Positions 18,820 through 29,042 are shown, counted from the first letter of the stretch. The stretch is DNA of 44,097 nt from Actinomycetota bacterium (GCA_023379725.1 JAMCPC010000122.1:1-44097); one strand, 5' to 3'. Notes: generated from the letters alone by a model not told the origin. Numbers and translations: made by a program.

Positions 18820-20409
18820 AGACACTTGGTGTACATCCAATATACCATTAGAGCTACGCAACTCTCCAAGCGTATCTGCATCCAGAGAACTACCTGTAGA
18901 AAGAACCATGAGCGCAGTACCACCCTTCAACGACGGCCCCACAGCCATGGACGAAATCGAGACTCCCGCTTTGCCGATTACAGTGCCGACAATTCCGATC
19001 ATCCCCGGACGATCGTCATTCCTCACTACCAACATGTTCGGTGAAGGCGGAACCTCCACAACGTGATCATCTACCATCACGATACGCGCATCCGACTTAG
19101 GACCGCTAATAGTACCGGCTACAGAATGCTCTGGGGAACGAACAGTAATTGAGCTGACAAAGTCTCTCGTTGCAGTAGTTACAGTTTCCCGTACTTCAAG
19201 TCCCCTATCTTCTGCAAGCTGCGATACATTGACATAGGATACCGGCTCTTCTGTCCCGGCAGCGAAAATCCCCTTCAATGCAGCCAGAGTAAGTACCGAC
19301 GTACCGGCTGCTCCACCAGAGCCGTCTGATGCCTTGGCCAAAGCACCCTGATACTCTATCTCAATGCTCGACGGCAAACCCTCATGCAAGCAGGCCAAAA
19401 ATCTCCCCAGGCTGACTGCAAGTGGCAGGAATGGCTTGGCTGATTCTGGTAATGATCCAGCAGCCAGGTTGACTGCAAAAGGAACCAGCTCTCCGGCGAG
19501 TGCAAGGATGACCTGCTCCGCAATGGTGATTCCTGCTTTATCCTGAGCCTCAGTCGTAGATGCCCCCAAATGTGGAGTGACAACCACACTAGACAGGCTG
19601 AGTAGTGGAGATCCTGTGGCGGGCTCCTCGGCAAATACATCCAGTGCGGCTCCACCGACATGTCCTGACTTGATGCTCTCGTAAAGAGCAGCTTCGTCTA
19701 TAACGCCCCCACGCGCGGCATTGACAATCCTGATGCCCTGCTTCGATTTCGCCAGCAACTCTCCATCTATAAGTCCCATAGTATCCTTGGTCTTTGGCAG
19801 ATGAATCGTGACAAAGTCAGACTCTGCCATAAGATCTTCCAACGAAGTAAGCTGGACATTCATTCTCTTGGCTCGTTCGACAGTGACATAAGGGTCGTAA
19901 GCAATCAGCTTCATGCCCAAGGCCAATGCTCTCTGTGCAACCAGCGCGCCTACATGCCCCAGCCCTACTATGCCAAGAGTCTTACCGTACAGCTCGACAC
20001 CTTCCCACTTTGAACGTTCCCAGGATCCACCGACAAGTGCCATATGCGCTTGGGGGATATTTCTGGCCTGGGCAATTATAAGGCCAATTGTATGCTCGGC
20101 AGCCGATATTATATTTGATTGAGGAGCGTTTACCACCATGACCCCTTTGGATGTGGCATGCTCTACATCCACATTGTCCAGCCCTATACCGGCACGACCT
20201 ACCACCTGTAGATTGCGACCTGCATCTATTACTTCGCTGGTTACCTTGGTCGCCGAACGAATGATGATGGCATTCGCTTCTGATACAGCATCTACCAGGT
20301 CACCGGGGGACAAGTCCAACTTGACATCCACTTCGTGCCCTGCGTCACGTAACAACTGTAGGCCGGCATCAGCAATTTTTTCTGTTACAAGTACTACTCC
20401 CATATTCAT
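18811..20409 (-). CDS. serA: D-3-phosphoglycerate dehydrogenase SerA (long form with ACT domain)
   Basis: [13 protein letters not shown] Rossmann motif, 2-hydroxyacid dehydrogenase core and C-terminal ACT-like region. The start may be the ATG at 20403. Confidence 0.9.
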   Translation of the reverse strand: MNMGVVLVTEKIADAGLQLLRDAGHEVDVKLDLSPGDLVDAVSEANAIIIRSATKVTSEVIDAGRNLQVVGRAGIGLDNVDVEHATSKGVMVVNAPQSNIISAAEHTIGLIIAQARNIPQAHMALVGGSWERSKWEGVELYGKTLGIVGLGHVGALVAQRALALGMKLIAYDPYVTVERAKRMNVQLTSLEDLMAESDFVTIHLPKTKDTMGLIDGELLAKSKQGIRIVNAARGGVIDEAALYESIKSGHVGGAALDVFAEEPATGSPLLSLSSVVVTPHLGASTTEAQDKAGITIAEQVILALAGELVPFAVNLAAGSLPESAKPFLPLAVSLGRFLACLHEGLPSSIEIEYQGALAKASDGSGGAAGTSVLTLAALKGIFAAGTEEPVSYVNVSQLAEDRGLEVRETVTTATRDFVSSITVRSPEHSVAGTISGPKSDARIVMVDDHVVEVPPSPNMLVVRNDDRPGMIGIVGTVIGKAGVSISSMAVGPSLKGGTALMVLSTGSSLDADTLGELRSSNGILDVHQVSLA

Positions 20410-20603
20410 TTCCTTTCCTTATAGCGAATCTTACAGCAAACCTCTCCCGCCTTTACGGACAGAACGTTCTTGTCAAAATCGGGGAAACCTCTCCCGCATG
20501 AATGCGGTGATGCGACCGCGACTTACTCACTTCCTAGAATACATCCTCACGACACCGATATAAAATTCACCACCGGCAATCATATGCTCACCTCGAATAG
20601 CAA

Positions 20604-20745
20604 CATAGTGGTTCGTCCTGTAAATAGCGTAACGTAATCTACAACTTGGTAGTCGGGTGAACTCCCAAGAACAATGGAAGGCATAGCACGACCAGAGAAC
20701 GTGTCATCCATCCGGCAGGAACCTGTAGCCATTCACGGAACAGAG
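20604..20745 (-). repeat. Degenerate MITE-like repeat, copy A8
   Basis: catagtggttcgtcctgtaaatagcgtaacgtaatc resembles the family TIR. ...gaccagagaacgtgtcatccatccggcaggaacctgtagccattc aligns loosely with the other end. Confidence 0.4.
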
Positions 20746-20835
20746 AACTCAATAACACCGACGATAGAGAGTCCCTTGAGCCAAAAGCTTGACTAGCTGC
20801 GCCGCAGTTTAGGACAGAGATGGACACCGGGTATA

Positions 20836-21423
20836 ATGGCAATAGTGGCTCCAAAGGTATTACTAATAGACAATTACGACTCATTCGTATACAATCTCGT
20901 ACAGGAACTGGGGGAACTGGGAAGTGACCCTGTAGTATATCGCAATGATGAAGCAGATACTGCGATCATACGATCGCTCGCCCCTGACGCTATAGTCATA
21001 TCACCAGGACCGGGCAGACCGGAGGAAGCAGGTATAAGCATTGCGGTAATAAGGGAATTCGCCGGTAAAGTACCCATACTGGGGGTATGTCTCGGTCACC
21101 AGGCCATAGGAGTGTCATTTGGCGCAAAAGTCATCCGTGCAACTGAGGTAGTCCACGGCAAGACCTCTTCAATCTCCCATACGGGAACTGGCATACTGAG
21201 TGGACTGCCCAATCCGTTTACGGCTACCAGATATCACTCACTGGCTATTGACCCTGATACAATTCCACCAGCTATATCAGTAGACGCCCGGGCTCCCGAC
21301 GGAACAATTATGGCAATATCTCATAACGATTTTTTAATATGGGGAGTGCAGTTTCATCCAGAGTCTATACTCACCAATGATGGCCCGAAAATACTGGAAA
21401 ATTTTCTGGCCACGACGATATAG
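20836..21423 (+). CDS. trpG: Anthranilate / aminodeoxychorismate synthase component II (class I glutamine amidotransferase)
   Basis: LLIDNYDSFVYNL, the GVCLGHQ catalytic Cys, and QFHPES. Confidence 0.9.
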   Translation: MAIVAPKVLLIDNYDSFVYNLVQELGELGSDPVVYRNDEADTAIIRSLAPDAIVISPGPGRPEEAGISIAVIREFAGKVPILGVCLGHQAIGVSFGAKVIRATEVVHGKTSSISHTGTGILSGLPNPFTATRYHSLAIDPDTIPPAISVDARAPDGTIMAISHNDFLIWGVQFHPESILTNDGPKILENFLATTI

Positions 21424-21465
21424 AGCGATTAGCAATACCGCCGGCTGCCAGGCTAATATATAGAC

Positions 21466-21777
21466 ATGGCATCAAAGACAGGACCTGGAAGCGCTACCAA
21501 AAAAGGACGCTCAGCAGGAAGAGTTACCGGCAGGCATGTGCACATAAGGGAAAATGCACCAGATCCAAACGCCCGCTATACTCCTCCAATTCCAAAGAAG
21601 ATAAGGAAGAGCCCTAGATGGATGGGACCCACAATCATCGGCATACTGATTTTGGGGGTGCTCATGATCATACTGAACTACACCGGCATACTCCCGGCTT
21701 CACCGACCAACTGGTACCTACTTGGAGGCATAGCTCTCTTCTTTATAGGTGCTATAGGCGCTACCCGCTACCACTGA
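21466..21777 (+). CDS. crgA: Cell division protein CrgA
   Basis: Small basic N-terminus followed by two TM helices (PRWMGPTIIGILILGVLMIILNY...WYLLGGIALFFIGAIGATRYH). It sits next to trpG, as in actinobacteria. Confidence 0.7.
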   Translation: MASKTGPGSATKKGRSAGRVTGRHVHIRENAPDPNARYTPPIPKKIRKSPRWMGPTIIGILILGVLMIILNYTGILPASPTNWYLLGGIALFFIGAIGATRYH

Positions 21778-21867
21778 TTAAAGGCGCACGAACTAATCCA
21801 TCGGCCTACCCGAAAACTAGCTAAGAGCACCCTGCAAGCCTCTGACTTTAGCCATGGGGAGGATGTC

Positions 21868-21912
21868 AATAAAACCAATTGGGGCTCAGCCGCAACTGCG
21901 ACCAAGCCCCAA
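21868..21912 (-). terminator. Candidate intrinsic terminator for the thiolase gene
   Basis: On the minus strand, the stem UUGGGGCU...AGCCCCAA (8 bp plus an inner stem) is followed by UUGGUUUUAUU. Confidence 0.45.
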
Positions 21913-21954
21913 TAAGCAATCTTGACTTGAAAATCGTTAACTGATTATAACGTT

Positions 21955-23133
21955 CTAACCCAAGCGCTCAATGATAGTTGCATTAGCCATGCCGCCACCT
22001 TCACACATTGTCTGCAAACCGTAACGACCACCGGTACGCTCCAACTCGTTGAGCAGAGTCGCCATCAACTTGGCACCTGAACACCCTAAGGGGTGACCCA
22101 AGGCAATGGCACCACCATTGACGTTTACCTTGGACATATCAGGATGATGCTCTTTCTCCCATGCAAGAACGACCGATGCAAAGGCTTCATTGATCTCTAC
22201 TGCATCTATGTCATCCATAGTCAGCTTACCTTTCTCAAGAACCATCTTTGTAGCCGGGATAGGCCCTGTGAGCATGGTAACCGGATCTACACCGACCGCA
22301 GCAAAGCTATGAAAACGTGCTCGCGGCCTGAGCCCAAGCGCATTTGCCTTTTCCTCGCTCATAATCAATACAGCAGCTGCACCATCAGTAATCTGCGATG
22401 AGTTGCCTGCAGTTACCTTTCCATCCGGCTTGAATGCCGGCTTGAGCGATCCCAGTACCTCTACAGTGCTACCTGGCCGTATTCCCTCGTCGGTAGAGAA
22501 AACCTCTTCAGTCAAATTGCCTTCATCGTCTCTTACCTTTAATGGAATAATCTCATTCTCAAAACGGCCCTCTTCGGTTGCGGCCGCTGCACGGCGCTGG
22601 CTCTCTGCGCTGAATATATCCAAATCTTCACGCGATAGGTTCCACTGGTCGGCTATCATCTCGGCAGATATGCCCTGAGAGACCAAGCCGCCCTTATCTG
22701 CATAACGTGACATGACGGTGGGACCGAACGGAAATCCTAGATCACGGACGATCGAAGAGCCCATAGGAGTACGAGTCATACCTTCTACTCCCAAGGCAAT
22801 GACTATATCGTATACGCCAGCCATCACTCCCTGGGCAGCAAAGTGTGCGGCCTGCTGTGAAGAGCCACACTGGCGATCTATGGTAGTAGCAGGAACAGAA
22901 TCAGGGAAACCTGCAGCCAGCACAGCACTCCTACCTACGTTCAGTGCCTGCTCACCGACCTGCATGACGCACCCGGTAAGTACATCGTCTACTGTCGCCG
23001 GATCAAGTTTGTTGCGCTCAATCAGCGCCTTGAGCGGCTCTGCGGCCAAATCTACCGCATGCCATCCACGCAGCTTACCGTTGCGCTTTCCTCCTGCAGT
23101 TCTCACTGCATCTACTATTACAGCTGTTGGCAT
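21955..23133 (-). CDS. Acetyl-CoA C-acetyltransferase / thiolase
   Basis: The active-site region TIDRQCGSSQQA, plus NVNGGAIALGHPLGCSG and CEGGGMA. I chose the ATG at 23133, preceded by AAGGAGG with a 5-nt spacer. Confidence 0.9.
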   Translation of the reverse strand: MPTAVIVDAVRTAGGKRNGKLRGWHAVDLAAEPLKALIERNKLDPATVDDVLTGCVMQVGEQALNVGRSAVLAAGFPDSVPATTIDRQCGSSQQAAHFAAQGVMAGVYDIVIALGVEGMTRTPMGSSIVRDLGFPFGPTVMSRYADKGGLVSQGISAEMIADQWNLSREDLDIFSAESQRRAAAATEEGRFENEIIPLKVRDDEGNLTEEVFSTDEGIRPGSTVEVLGSLKPAFKPDGKVTAGNSSQITDGAAAVLIMSEEKANALGLRPRARFHSFAAVGVDPVTMLTGPIPATKMVLEKGKLTMDDIDAVEINEAFASVVLAWEKEHHPDMSKVNVNGGAIALGHPLGCSGAKLMATLLNELERTGGRYGLQTMCEGGGMANATIIERLG

Positions 23134-23303
23134 AAATGCCTCCTTTTTCAATCTCGTACAAACCGACTGAGGTTTCCTCAGCAATTACCTGACGTATCAT
23201 GTCAAAAACTTGACCGTACAGTCAAGATTATATCACCGATACACGAGGCAGTCAAGCCGCCAGTAGAAGACAGCATTTACCATATCCGCGTCACAAAAGT
23301 CCC

Positions 23304-23635
23304 CAGTGTAGTGTCTCGTAAATAGCGTGACGTTATCCGGCAAGTCAGGGGCTCCATCTGGCAAGGCCGAGGACGAAGGCGTAGCCGGAGCTACGTTGAG
23401 GACGAGAACGCCGCCAGGGGCGTCATCTGGCTGGCGGGAACCCATGGTTATTTAGAGGCTCAGCGGATAGACATCTCGGGCGCACCGCCCCCCGGATTTC
23501 GCATGACTGCGTTGTCGTCGTCGGGCAGGCGCTCCAGCCTGCCTCTCCTTCTCCGCCTTGCCCTGCTTGCCCGGATGAACGGCTCCCTGATCCAACCTGC
23601 CTATCCGCTGAGCCTCTTGCGGGACACTACACTAG
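23304..23635 (-). repeat. Full-length composite MITE-like repeat, copy A3 (outer about 170 nt plus nested 162-nt insert)
   Basis: The ends are cagtgtagtgtctcgtaaatagcgtgacg... and ...cttgcgggacactacactag, forming an inverted repeat of about 20 nt. The insert is at 23455-23616. Confidence 0.9.
23455..23616. repeat. Nested 162-nt palindrome-closed element (copy 2)
   Basis: gaggctcagcggatagac...gcctatccgctgagcctc. It sits at the same position within the outer element as copy 1. Confidence 0.85.
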
Positions 23636-23660
23636 CTTTGGCTGTGAGGGGAAATCAGGA

Positions 23661-23945
23661 TCACAACGGCTGCGACTTCTGTTCTTCGCTACGCAATGCG
23701 TTGTAGATACGCTCTTTCAGGTATCCCGGCACGCTGTCCTTGCACCTCGCCGCCAGAACTTTTTTCAATTCAGCCTCAAAGTCGTAGGCCTGTACGCATG
23801 GAGAGCACTCATCCAAGTGGCGCTGAACAGCCTCGCGCCTCTGCTCGGTCAAGTCACCGTCCAAAAAGCTGTACAGCTTCGCCATCGCCTCCCGGCAACC
23901 TACGATCTCAGGACCACGCATATTCTTTGATGTATTATCGGTCAT
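23661..23945 (-). CDS. rsrA: Zinc-associated anti-sigma factor (RsrA/RshA type)
   Basis: The HLDECSPC motif (HxxxCxxC) plus an N-terminal Cys (GCREAM). It lies downstream of an ECF sigma gene. Confidence 0.8.
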   Translation of the reverse strand: MTDNTSKNMRGPEIVGCREAMAKLYSFLDGDLTEQRREAVQRHLDECSPCVQAYDFEAELKKVLAARCKDSVPGYLKERIYNALRSEEQKSQPL

Positions 23946-24015
23946 AGTATCACGCTAACAAACCCCTCTACCATCCATTAAGTAATATTCTACCGCCACC
24001 CTGCCCCCTGGCTGT

Positions 24016-24756
24016 TCACGAGCACTTAACTTTCTTACCCAATGACCCATCCGAAATGTTATCCGATGACCCATCCGGAAGATCCGATACTCCGTCTGAA
24101 ATATTGTCCAACTGCCCATCTCGATAGCTCGATTCCAGCTCATCGGCAGATTGATCCGGTGTATGTACGTCTAAAGTAGGCTTATCTGAACTGGGGCCAT
24201 CTACAAGTCCTCTTTCCAGGGCATAGCTATGGAGCACCTTCTGAATCACTTTCCTACCACGGTATATTCTACTCATCACCGTTCCAATGGGGACTCCGGT
24301 AATTTCGGCTATCTCTGCATACGAGAATCCCTCTACATCCGATAGGAGTACCGCTATTCTGAATGATTCCGGCAACCCTTCAATAGCCTCTTTGATTTCT
24401 ACATCGGTAAACGAGTCAAGAACCTCTTCCTCTGCTGACCTGCCCTGTCCCAACAAGCCTCCTCTTTTGAGTCGTTTGTACAGATAGAGATCTTCTATAT
24501 TATCCATACCAGTAGTTTCCGGGTGCCTCTTGGCCGATCGATAGTTACTGATATATGTGTTTGTAAGAATCCTAAATAACCAAGCCCGTAAGTTGGTATC
24601 CTCTTGGAATGTATGGAACCCCCTGTATGCTCTCAATATGGCTTCTTGCACCAGATCCTCTGCATCGCTGGCATTGCCGGTCATTCTCATGGCCGCAGTA
24701 TAGAGAGCGTCCATATACCCTGTAATCAACTCCATGAAGCGCGCCTTATCGGCCAT
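24016..24756 (-). CDS. sigH: ECF sigma factor SigH/SigR type with about 60-aa acidic C-terminal extension
   Basis: Region 2 is DAEDLVQEAILRAYRGF and region 4 is SYAEIAEITGVPIGTVMSRIYRGR. The tail carries DNISDG-like repeats. Confidence 0.85.
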   Translation of the reverse strand: MADKARFMELITGYMDALYTAAMRMTGNASDAEDLVQEAILRAYRGFHTFQEDTNLRAWLFRILTNTYISNYRSAKRHPETTGMDNIEDLYLYKRLKRGGLLGQGRSAEEEVLDSFTDVEIKEAIEGLPESFRIAVLLSDVEGFSYAEIAEITGVPIGTVMSRIYRGRKVIQKVLHSYALERGLVDGPSSDKPTLDVHTPDQSADELESSYRDGQLDNISDGVSDLPDGSSDNISDGSLGKKVKCS

Positions 24757-24801
24757 ACTCGCATACTAGCGCATAAGCAGGTAACAGGTGACGCAACTAG
24801 G

Positions 24802-26343
24802 CTATCCACAACTAACCAATTGAAAACCTTCTGTACGAGAATCGTCCAACACAGAAGTTGCATCACGGATATTACTTACAGGTATCACTTCAATGCCATC
24901 GACATCTATTTCGCTCGATGCAGGCAGTATAGCCCTCTTAAAGCCAAGTCTTCTAGCTTCAGTGACGCGCTCTTCAAGATACGGAACGCGCCGTATCTCT
25001 CCAGCCAGGCCAACCTCACCTATGGCCACTGCATCAAAGGGAAAGGGCACTAACCGCAACGCAGAAGCCATGGCCAGCAGCATCGCAAGATCACCGGCTG
25101 GCTCATATACTTTAATCCCTCCAACCGCTGATACATACTGGTCAAACCCAGACGATGGTATATTGACATGATTTTCCAGAACCGCCAAAAGTATGGCGAA
25201 CCTACCCGCATCCACCAGCTTGGCTATCCGTCTTGGAGTAGGTTGCGACGATTTGCTTGCAAGCGCCTGGATCTCGACCAGCAGAGGACGTCCACCTCTA
25301 ACCATTGGAAACACCACGCTCCCAGGAGTAGAGGGAGCAGGCCTATCTCCCAACAACATGTCGTAAGGATCATCCACTGCCACCATACCCGTACTTTCCA
25401 TGCAGAAAAGTCCAGTCTCTCCAACCGCTCCAAAGCGGTGTTTGATAGCCGATACAGATCTCAATGCATGATGCCTGTCACCCTCTACAATCAACACCGT
25501 ATCGACCATATGCTCCAATACCTTAGGCCCAGCCAGTGTACCGTCTTTGGTTACATGGCCGACTATGACAAACGGTATCAAGGTGATCTTGGCAATACGA
25601 ATCAGCAAATCTGCACACGCTTTTACCTGGTTTATCGATCCTGCCATACCTGAAAGCGATGGATCAACCATTGCCTGTATGGAATCGACTATCACGATAC
25701 TGGGCTGATACTCGCGAATATAAGCCGCCACTCCGGTAATGTCTCGCGTATCGAGTACAAGGAGAGTCTCAGGCAATTCACCCAAACGAAGTGCCCGCAA
25801 TGTCACCTGCGATGCCGATTCTTCAGCGGAGATCAGCAAGACACTCTGCCCACGTAAGGCTATCGATCGGATAGCCTGCAAAAACAGGGTTGACTTACCT
25901 ATTCCTGGTTCTCCGGCCACAAGAGTAACCGAACCTTCCACAAATCCACCGCCCATCACCCTGTCGAGCTCACCGATACCTGTCTCCAGGTACCTTCCCT
26001 CTGCCACCCTTACGTCAACTATAGAGATAAGCCCTCTATCCGGCTCGCTTCCTGCTGTAATGCCAGCTCTCGAAGCTAAAACCTCACCAGTTAAACCGAG
26101 CCCGGTTTCGCTCAGCCCCGCTACACCCAGTCTCGCTGTGTTCAGTCCCGCTACAGGAAGTCCAGTTGTAGCCAGGGAAAGCGCGTCGCCTGTCCCTGCG
26201 GTACCAATACCTGCACGTGATGAAAGCTCGCCAGAAATCTCACTAACGGTATTCCATTCTCCGCAATGGGGGCAGCATCCCATCCACTTTGGATGCGTTG
26301 CTCCACAACTACTACATTCAAAAAAATGCCTATGTACAACCAT
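24802..26343 (-). CDS. radA: DNA repair protein RadA
   Basis: N-terminal zinc finger CSSCG...CPHCGEWNT, Walker A GEPGIGKST, the KNRFG variant KHRFGAV, and a Lon-like C-terminal domain. I chose the start at 26343. Confidence 0.9.
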   Translation of the reverse strand: MVVHRHFFECSSCGATHPKWMGCCPHCGEWNTVSEISGELSSRAGIGTAGTGDALSLATTGLPVAGLNTARLGVAGLSETGLGLTGEVLASRAGITAGSEPDRGLISIVDVRVAEGRYLETGIGELDRVMGGGFVEGSVTLVAGEPGIGKSTLFLQAIRSIALRGQSVLLISAEESASQVTLRALRLGELPETLLVLDTRDITGVAAYIREYQPSIVIVDSIQAMVDPSLSGMAGSINQVKACADLLIRIAKITLIPFVIVGHVTKDGTLAGPKVLEHMVDTVLIVEGDRHHALRSVSAIKHRFGAVGETGLFCMESTGMVAVDDPYDMLLGDRPAPSTPGSVVFPMVRGGRPLLVEIQALASKSSQPTPRRIAKLVDAGRFAILLAVLENHVNIPSSGFDQYVSAVGGIKVYEPAGDLAMLLAMASALRLVPFPFDAVAIGEVGLAGEIRRVPYLEERVTEARRLGFKRAILPASSEIDVDGIEVIPVSNIRDATSVLDDSRTEGFQLVSCG

Positions 26344-26552
26344 GAGGCAATCATAACGGAGGGGTGCTACACAATTCCGATGCACTAATTGCTGTATGCA
26401 TTATTGCACTGTTATACACTTAGTTTGTATAAGGTGTAGCCAGCTTGGGCACAGCCAAGAGCTTATACCAACCGCTGAACTGACTTCCTCTCTACAACTA
26501 AAAAGCCGCTACAACTAAAGTCGGAAGGTCAGTGGTACGTATATGAGGTGAT

Positions 26553-29042
26553 TCAGGAGGGAAGCTCGGAACCGGCGAGTTCCAATGGAGGCGGTTCTAT
26601 ATCCTCCATAACGTTGAATACTACCTCACCATCCTCAATGTCAACTGTTATGGTCTCACCGACATGAAACTCTTTCCAGAGCAACTTTTCGGATAAGGGA
26701 TCCTCTACATACTGTTGTATTGCACGCCTTAAAGGTCTGGCACCAAGCGTAGGATCGTAACCATTGTCAGCCAGCCAGCTCTTAGCTGCCTCGGTGACCC
26801 TCATAGACAATCCCTGGGCTTCTACCTGCTCTATCACTCTAGCCATCATCAGATCGACGATCTGAACTACCTCATCCTTGGTAAGTTCGTGGAATACTAT
26901 GGTTTCGTCAACTCTATTCAAGAACTCAGGCTTGAAGTATTCCTTCAAAGCGTCATTTACCTTCTGCTTTACTCGTTCATGAGTGACCGCCTCTGATGAC
27001 TTGGAAAAGCCTACAGATGTCTTGCGAAGTTCAGCAGTGCCCAGATTCGACGTCATGATAAGCACCGTATTCTTAAAATCTACACTTCGTCCCTGGGCAT
27101 CGGTCAGTCTTCCCTCTTCCATGATCTGGAGTAAGGTATTGAATACATCCGCATGTGCCTTCTCCACTTCATCAAAGAGGACAACCGAAAATGGCTTTCT
27201 CCTCACTGCTTCGGTAAGTTGCCCTCCTTCATCATATCCGACATACCCTGGAGGCGAACCAACCAGCCGTGACACGGCATGCTTCTCCATGTATTCGCTC
27301 ATGTCAAGCTGTATCAAGGCATCTTCATCATCAAAGAGCAACTCGGCAAGAGCCTTAGCGAGTTCAGTCTTGCCTACTCCCGTCGGTCCCAGAAATATGA
27401 ATGAACCGGTCGGACGTTTTGGATGCTTAAGGCCAGCACGAGTACGCCTGATAGCTCGCGAGAGCGCACTGACAGCTTCCTCCTGGCCAATCACTCTCTT
27501 GTGCAGCTCATCTTCCATGCGCAGCAACTTGGCAGTCTCTTCTTCTGTCAGTCTCTTCACCGGTATGCCTGTCCAGTTGGCAAGTACTTCAGCAACGACC
27601 TCCTCATCAAGCACATCATGGAGTTCGCCACCGGCCGACCGCCACTCCTTCTCCATGGCCTCCTTGACCTCGATCTTCTCCTTCTCTTTCTCTGCCAACT
27701 TCTTGGCCTGCTCGAAATTCTCCTTATCTATTGCGACATCCTTACTGCGCTTTATCTTGGCAATTTCATCGACTAACGATTTATATTCCGGTGGGTGTTT
27801 CATCCTCTTGATCCGTAAATGGCTGCCAGCCTCATCTATAAGATCTATGGCCTTATCCGGCAGGAATCTATCAGCTATATACCTATCTGCAAGATTTGCC
27901 GCTGCAACCAATGCTTGATCCGTAATGGTCACCGTATGATGCTCCTCATAACGATCCCTGAGACCCTTCAATATCTCAATCGTATGAGGAACTGTAGGCT
28001 GCTCTACCTTGATAGGCTGGAATCTCCTCTCCAAAGCAGCATCCTTCTCCAAATGCTTGCGATACTCGTCAAGGGTCGTTGCCCCGATTGTCTGCAATTC
28101 ACCTCGCGCCAGCATGGGTTTTAGAATAGAAGCTGCATCTATCGCTCCTTCTGCAGCTCCTGCTCCTACGAGAGTATGAATCTCGTCGATAAATATAATA
28201 ATATCACCACGCGACTTTATCTCTTTAAGTACTTTCTTCAAACGCTCTTCGAAATCACCACGATAACGGCTTCCAGCGACCAATGCACCAAGATCCAGTG
28301 TATACAACTGCTTCCCCTCTATGGTCTCTGGTACATCATTTGATATAATACGCTGAGCAAGTCCTTCCACAATTGCAGTTTTACCAACTCCCGGTTCACC
28401 TATCAGTACCGGATTATTTTTGGTACGGCGCGAAAGTACCTGCATAACACGCTCAATTTCCTTTTCGCGTCCAACAACAGGATCAAGCTTGCCTTCCTTT
28501 GCCATATTGGTGAGATTCCTACCAAATTGATCCAAAATCGGTGATCCTGAAGATCCAGCATCTTGCGATCCCTGTCCTACGCCCGCACCGACCGACTCCT
28601 TACCCATGCTCTTGGATAAGAGCTGGATAACCTCCTGGCGAACGCTGGCCAAATCTGTTCCCATGCTGACCAATACCTGCGCGGCAACACCCTCACCCTC
28701 TCTCACCAGTCCGAGCAGCATATGCTCTGTACCTATGTAGTTGTGTCCTAATTGCAGGGCTTCACGTAATGAAAGCTCTAACACTTTTTTTGCACGAGGA
28801 GTAAATGGGGGGGACCCTGTCGGCGCACCTCCAGACAGTCCGATCATCTCCTCCACCTTCTCCCTGGCTCCCTCAAGAGTAATACCGAGTTCGTTCAATG
28901 CCTGAGCGGCAACACCCTCACCCTCATGTATCAGTCCCAACAAAATATGTTCAGTCCCTATAAAGCTATGATTGAGCAGGCGTGCTTCTTCCTGCGCAAG
29001 TACCAATACCCTTCTAGCTCTGTCAGTAAAGCGCTCAAACAT
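26553..29042 (-). CDS. clpC: ATP-dependent Clp protease ATP-binding subunit ClpC
   Basis: Two Clp_N repeats, two AAA+ modules (GEPGVGKT and GPTGVGKT), and a UVR-like linker. Confidence 0.95.
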   Translation of the reverse strand: MFERFTDRARRVLVLAQEEARLLNHSFIGTEHILLGLIHEGEGVAAQALNELGITLEGAREKVEEMIGLSGGAPTGSPPFTPRAKKVLELSLREALQLGHNYIGTEHMLLGLVREGEGVAAQVLVSMGTDLASVRQEVIQLLSKSMGKESVGAGVGQGSQDAGSSGSPILDQFGRNLTNMAKEGKLDPVVGREKEIERVMQVLSRRTKNNPVLIGEPGVGKTAIVEGLAQRIISNDVPETIEGKQLYTLDLGALVAGSRYRGDFEERLKKVLKEIKSRGDIIIFIDEIHTLVGAGAAEGAIDAASILKPMLARGELQTIGATTLDEYRKHLEKDAALERRFQPIKVEQPTVPHTIEILKGLRDRYEEHHTVTITDQALVAAANLADRYIADRFLPDKAIDLIDEAGSHLRIKRMKHPPEYKSLVDEIAKIKRSKDVAIDKENFEQAKKLAEKEKEKIEVKEAMEKEWRSAGGELHDVLDEEVVAEVLANWTGIPVKRLTEEETAKLLRMEDELHKRVIGQEEAVSALSRAIRRTRAGLKHPKRPTGSFIFLGPTGVGKTELAKALAELLFDDEDALIQLDMSEYMEKHAVSRLVGSPPGYVGYDEGGQLTEAVRRKPFSVVLFDEVEKAHADVFNTLLQIMEEGRLTDAQGRSVDFKNTVLIMTSNLGTAELRKTSVGFSKSSEAVTHERVKQKVNDALKEYFKPEFLNRVDETIVFHELTKDEVVQIVDLMMARVIEQVEAQGLSMRVTEAAKSWLADNGYDPTLGARPLRRAIQQYVEDPLSEKLLWKEFHVGETITVDIEDGEVVFNVMEDIEPPPLELAGSELPS

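Noticed and set aside
20831-20836. TATAAT overlapping the trpG start codon, which would suggest a leaderless GTG start at 20845.
   Set aside because: There is no supporting -35 element. The ATG at 20836 gives a normal TrpG N-terminus.
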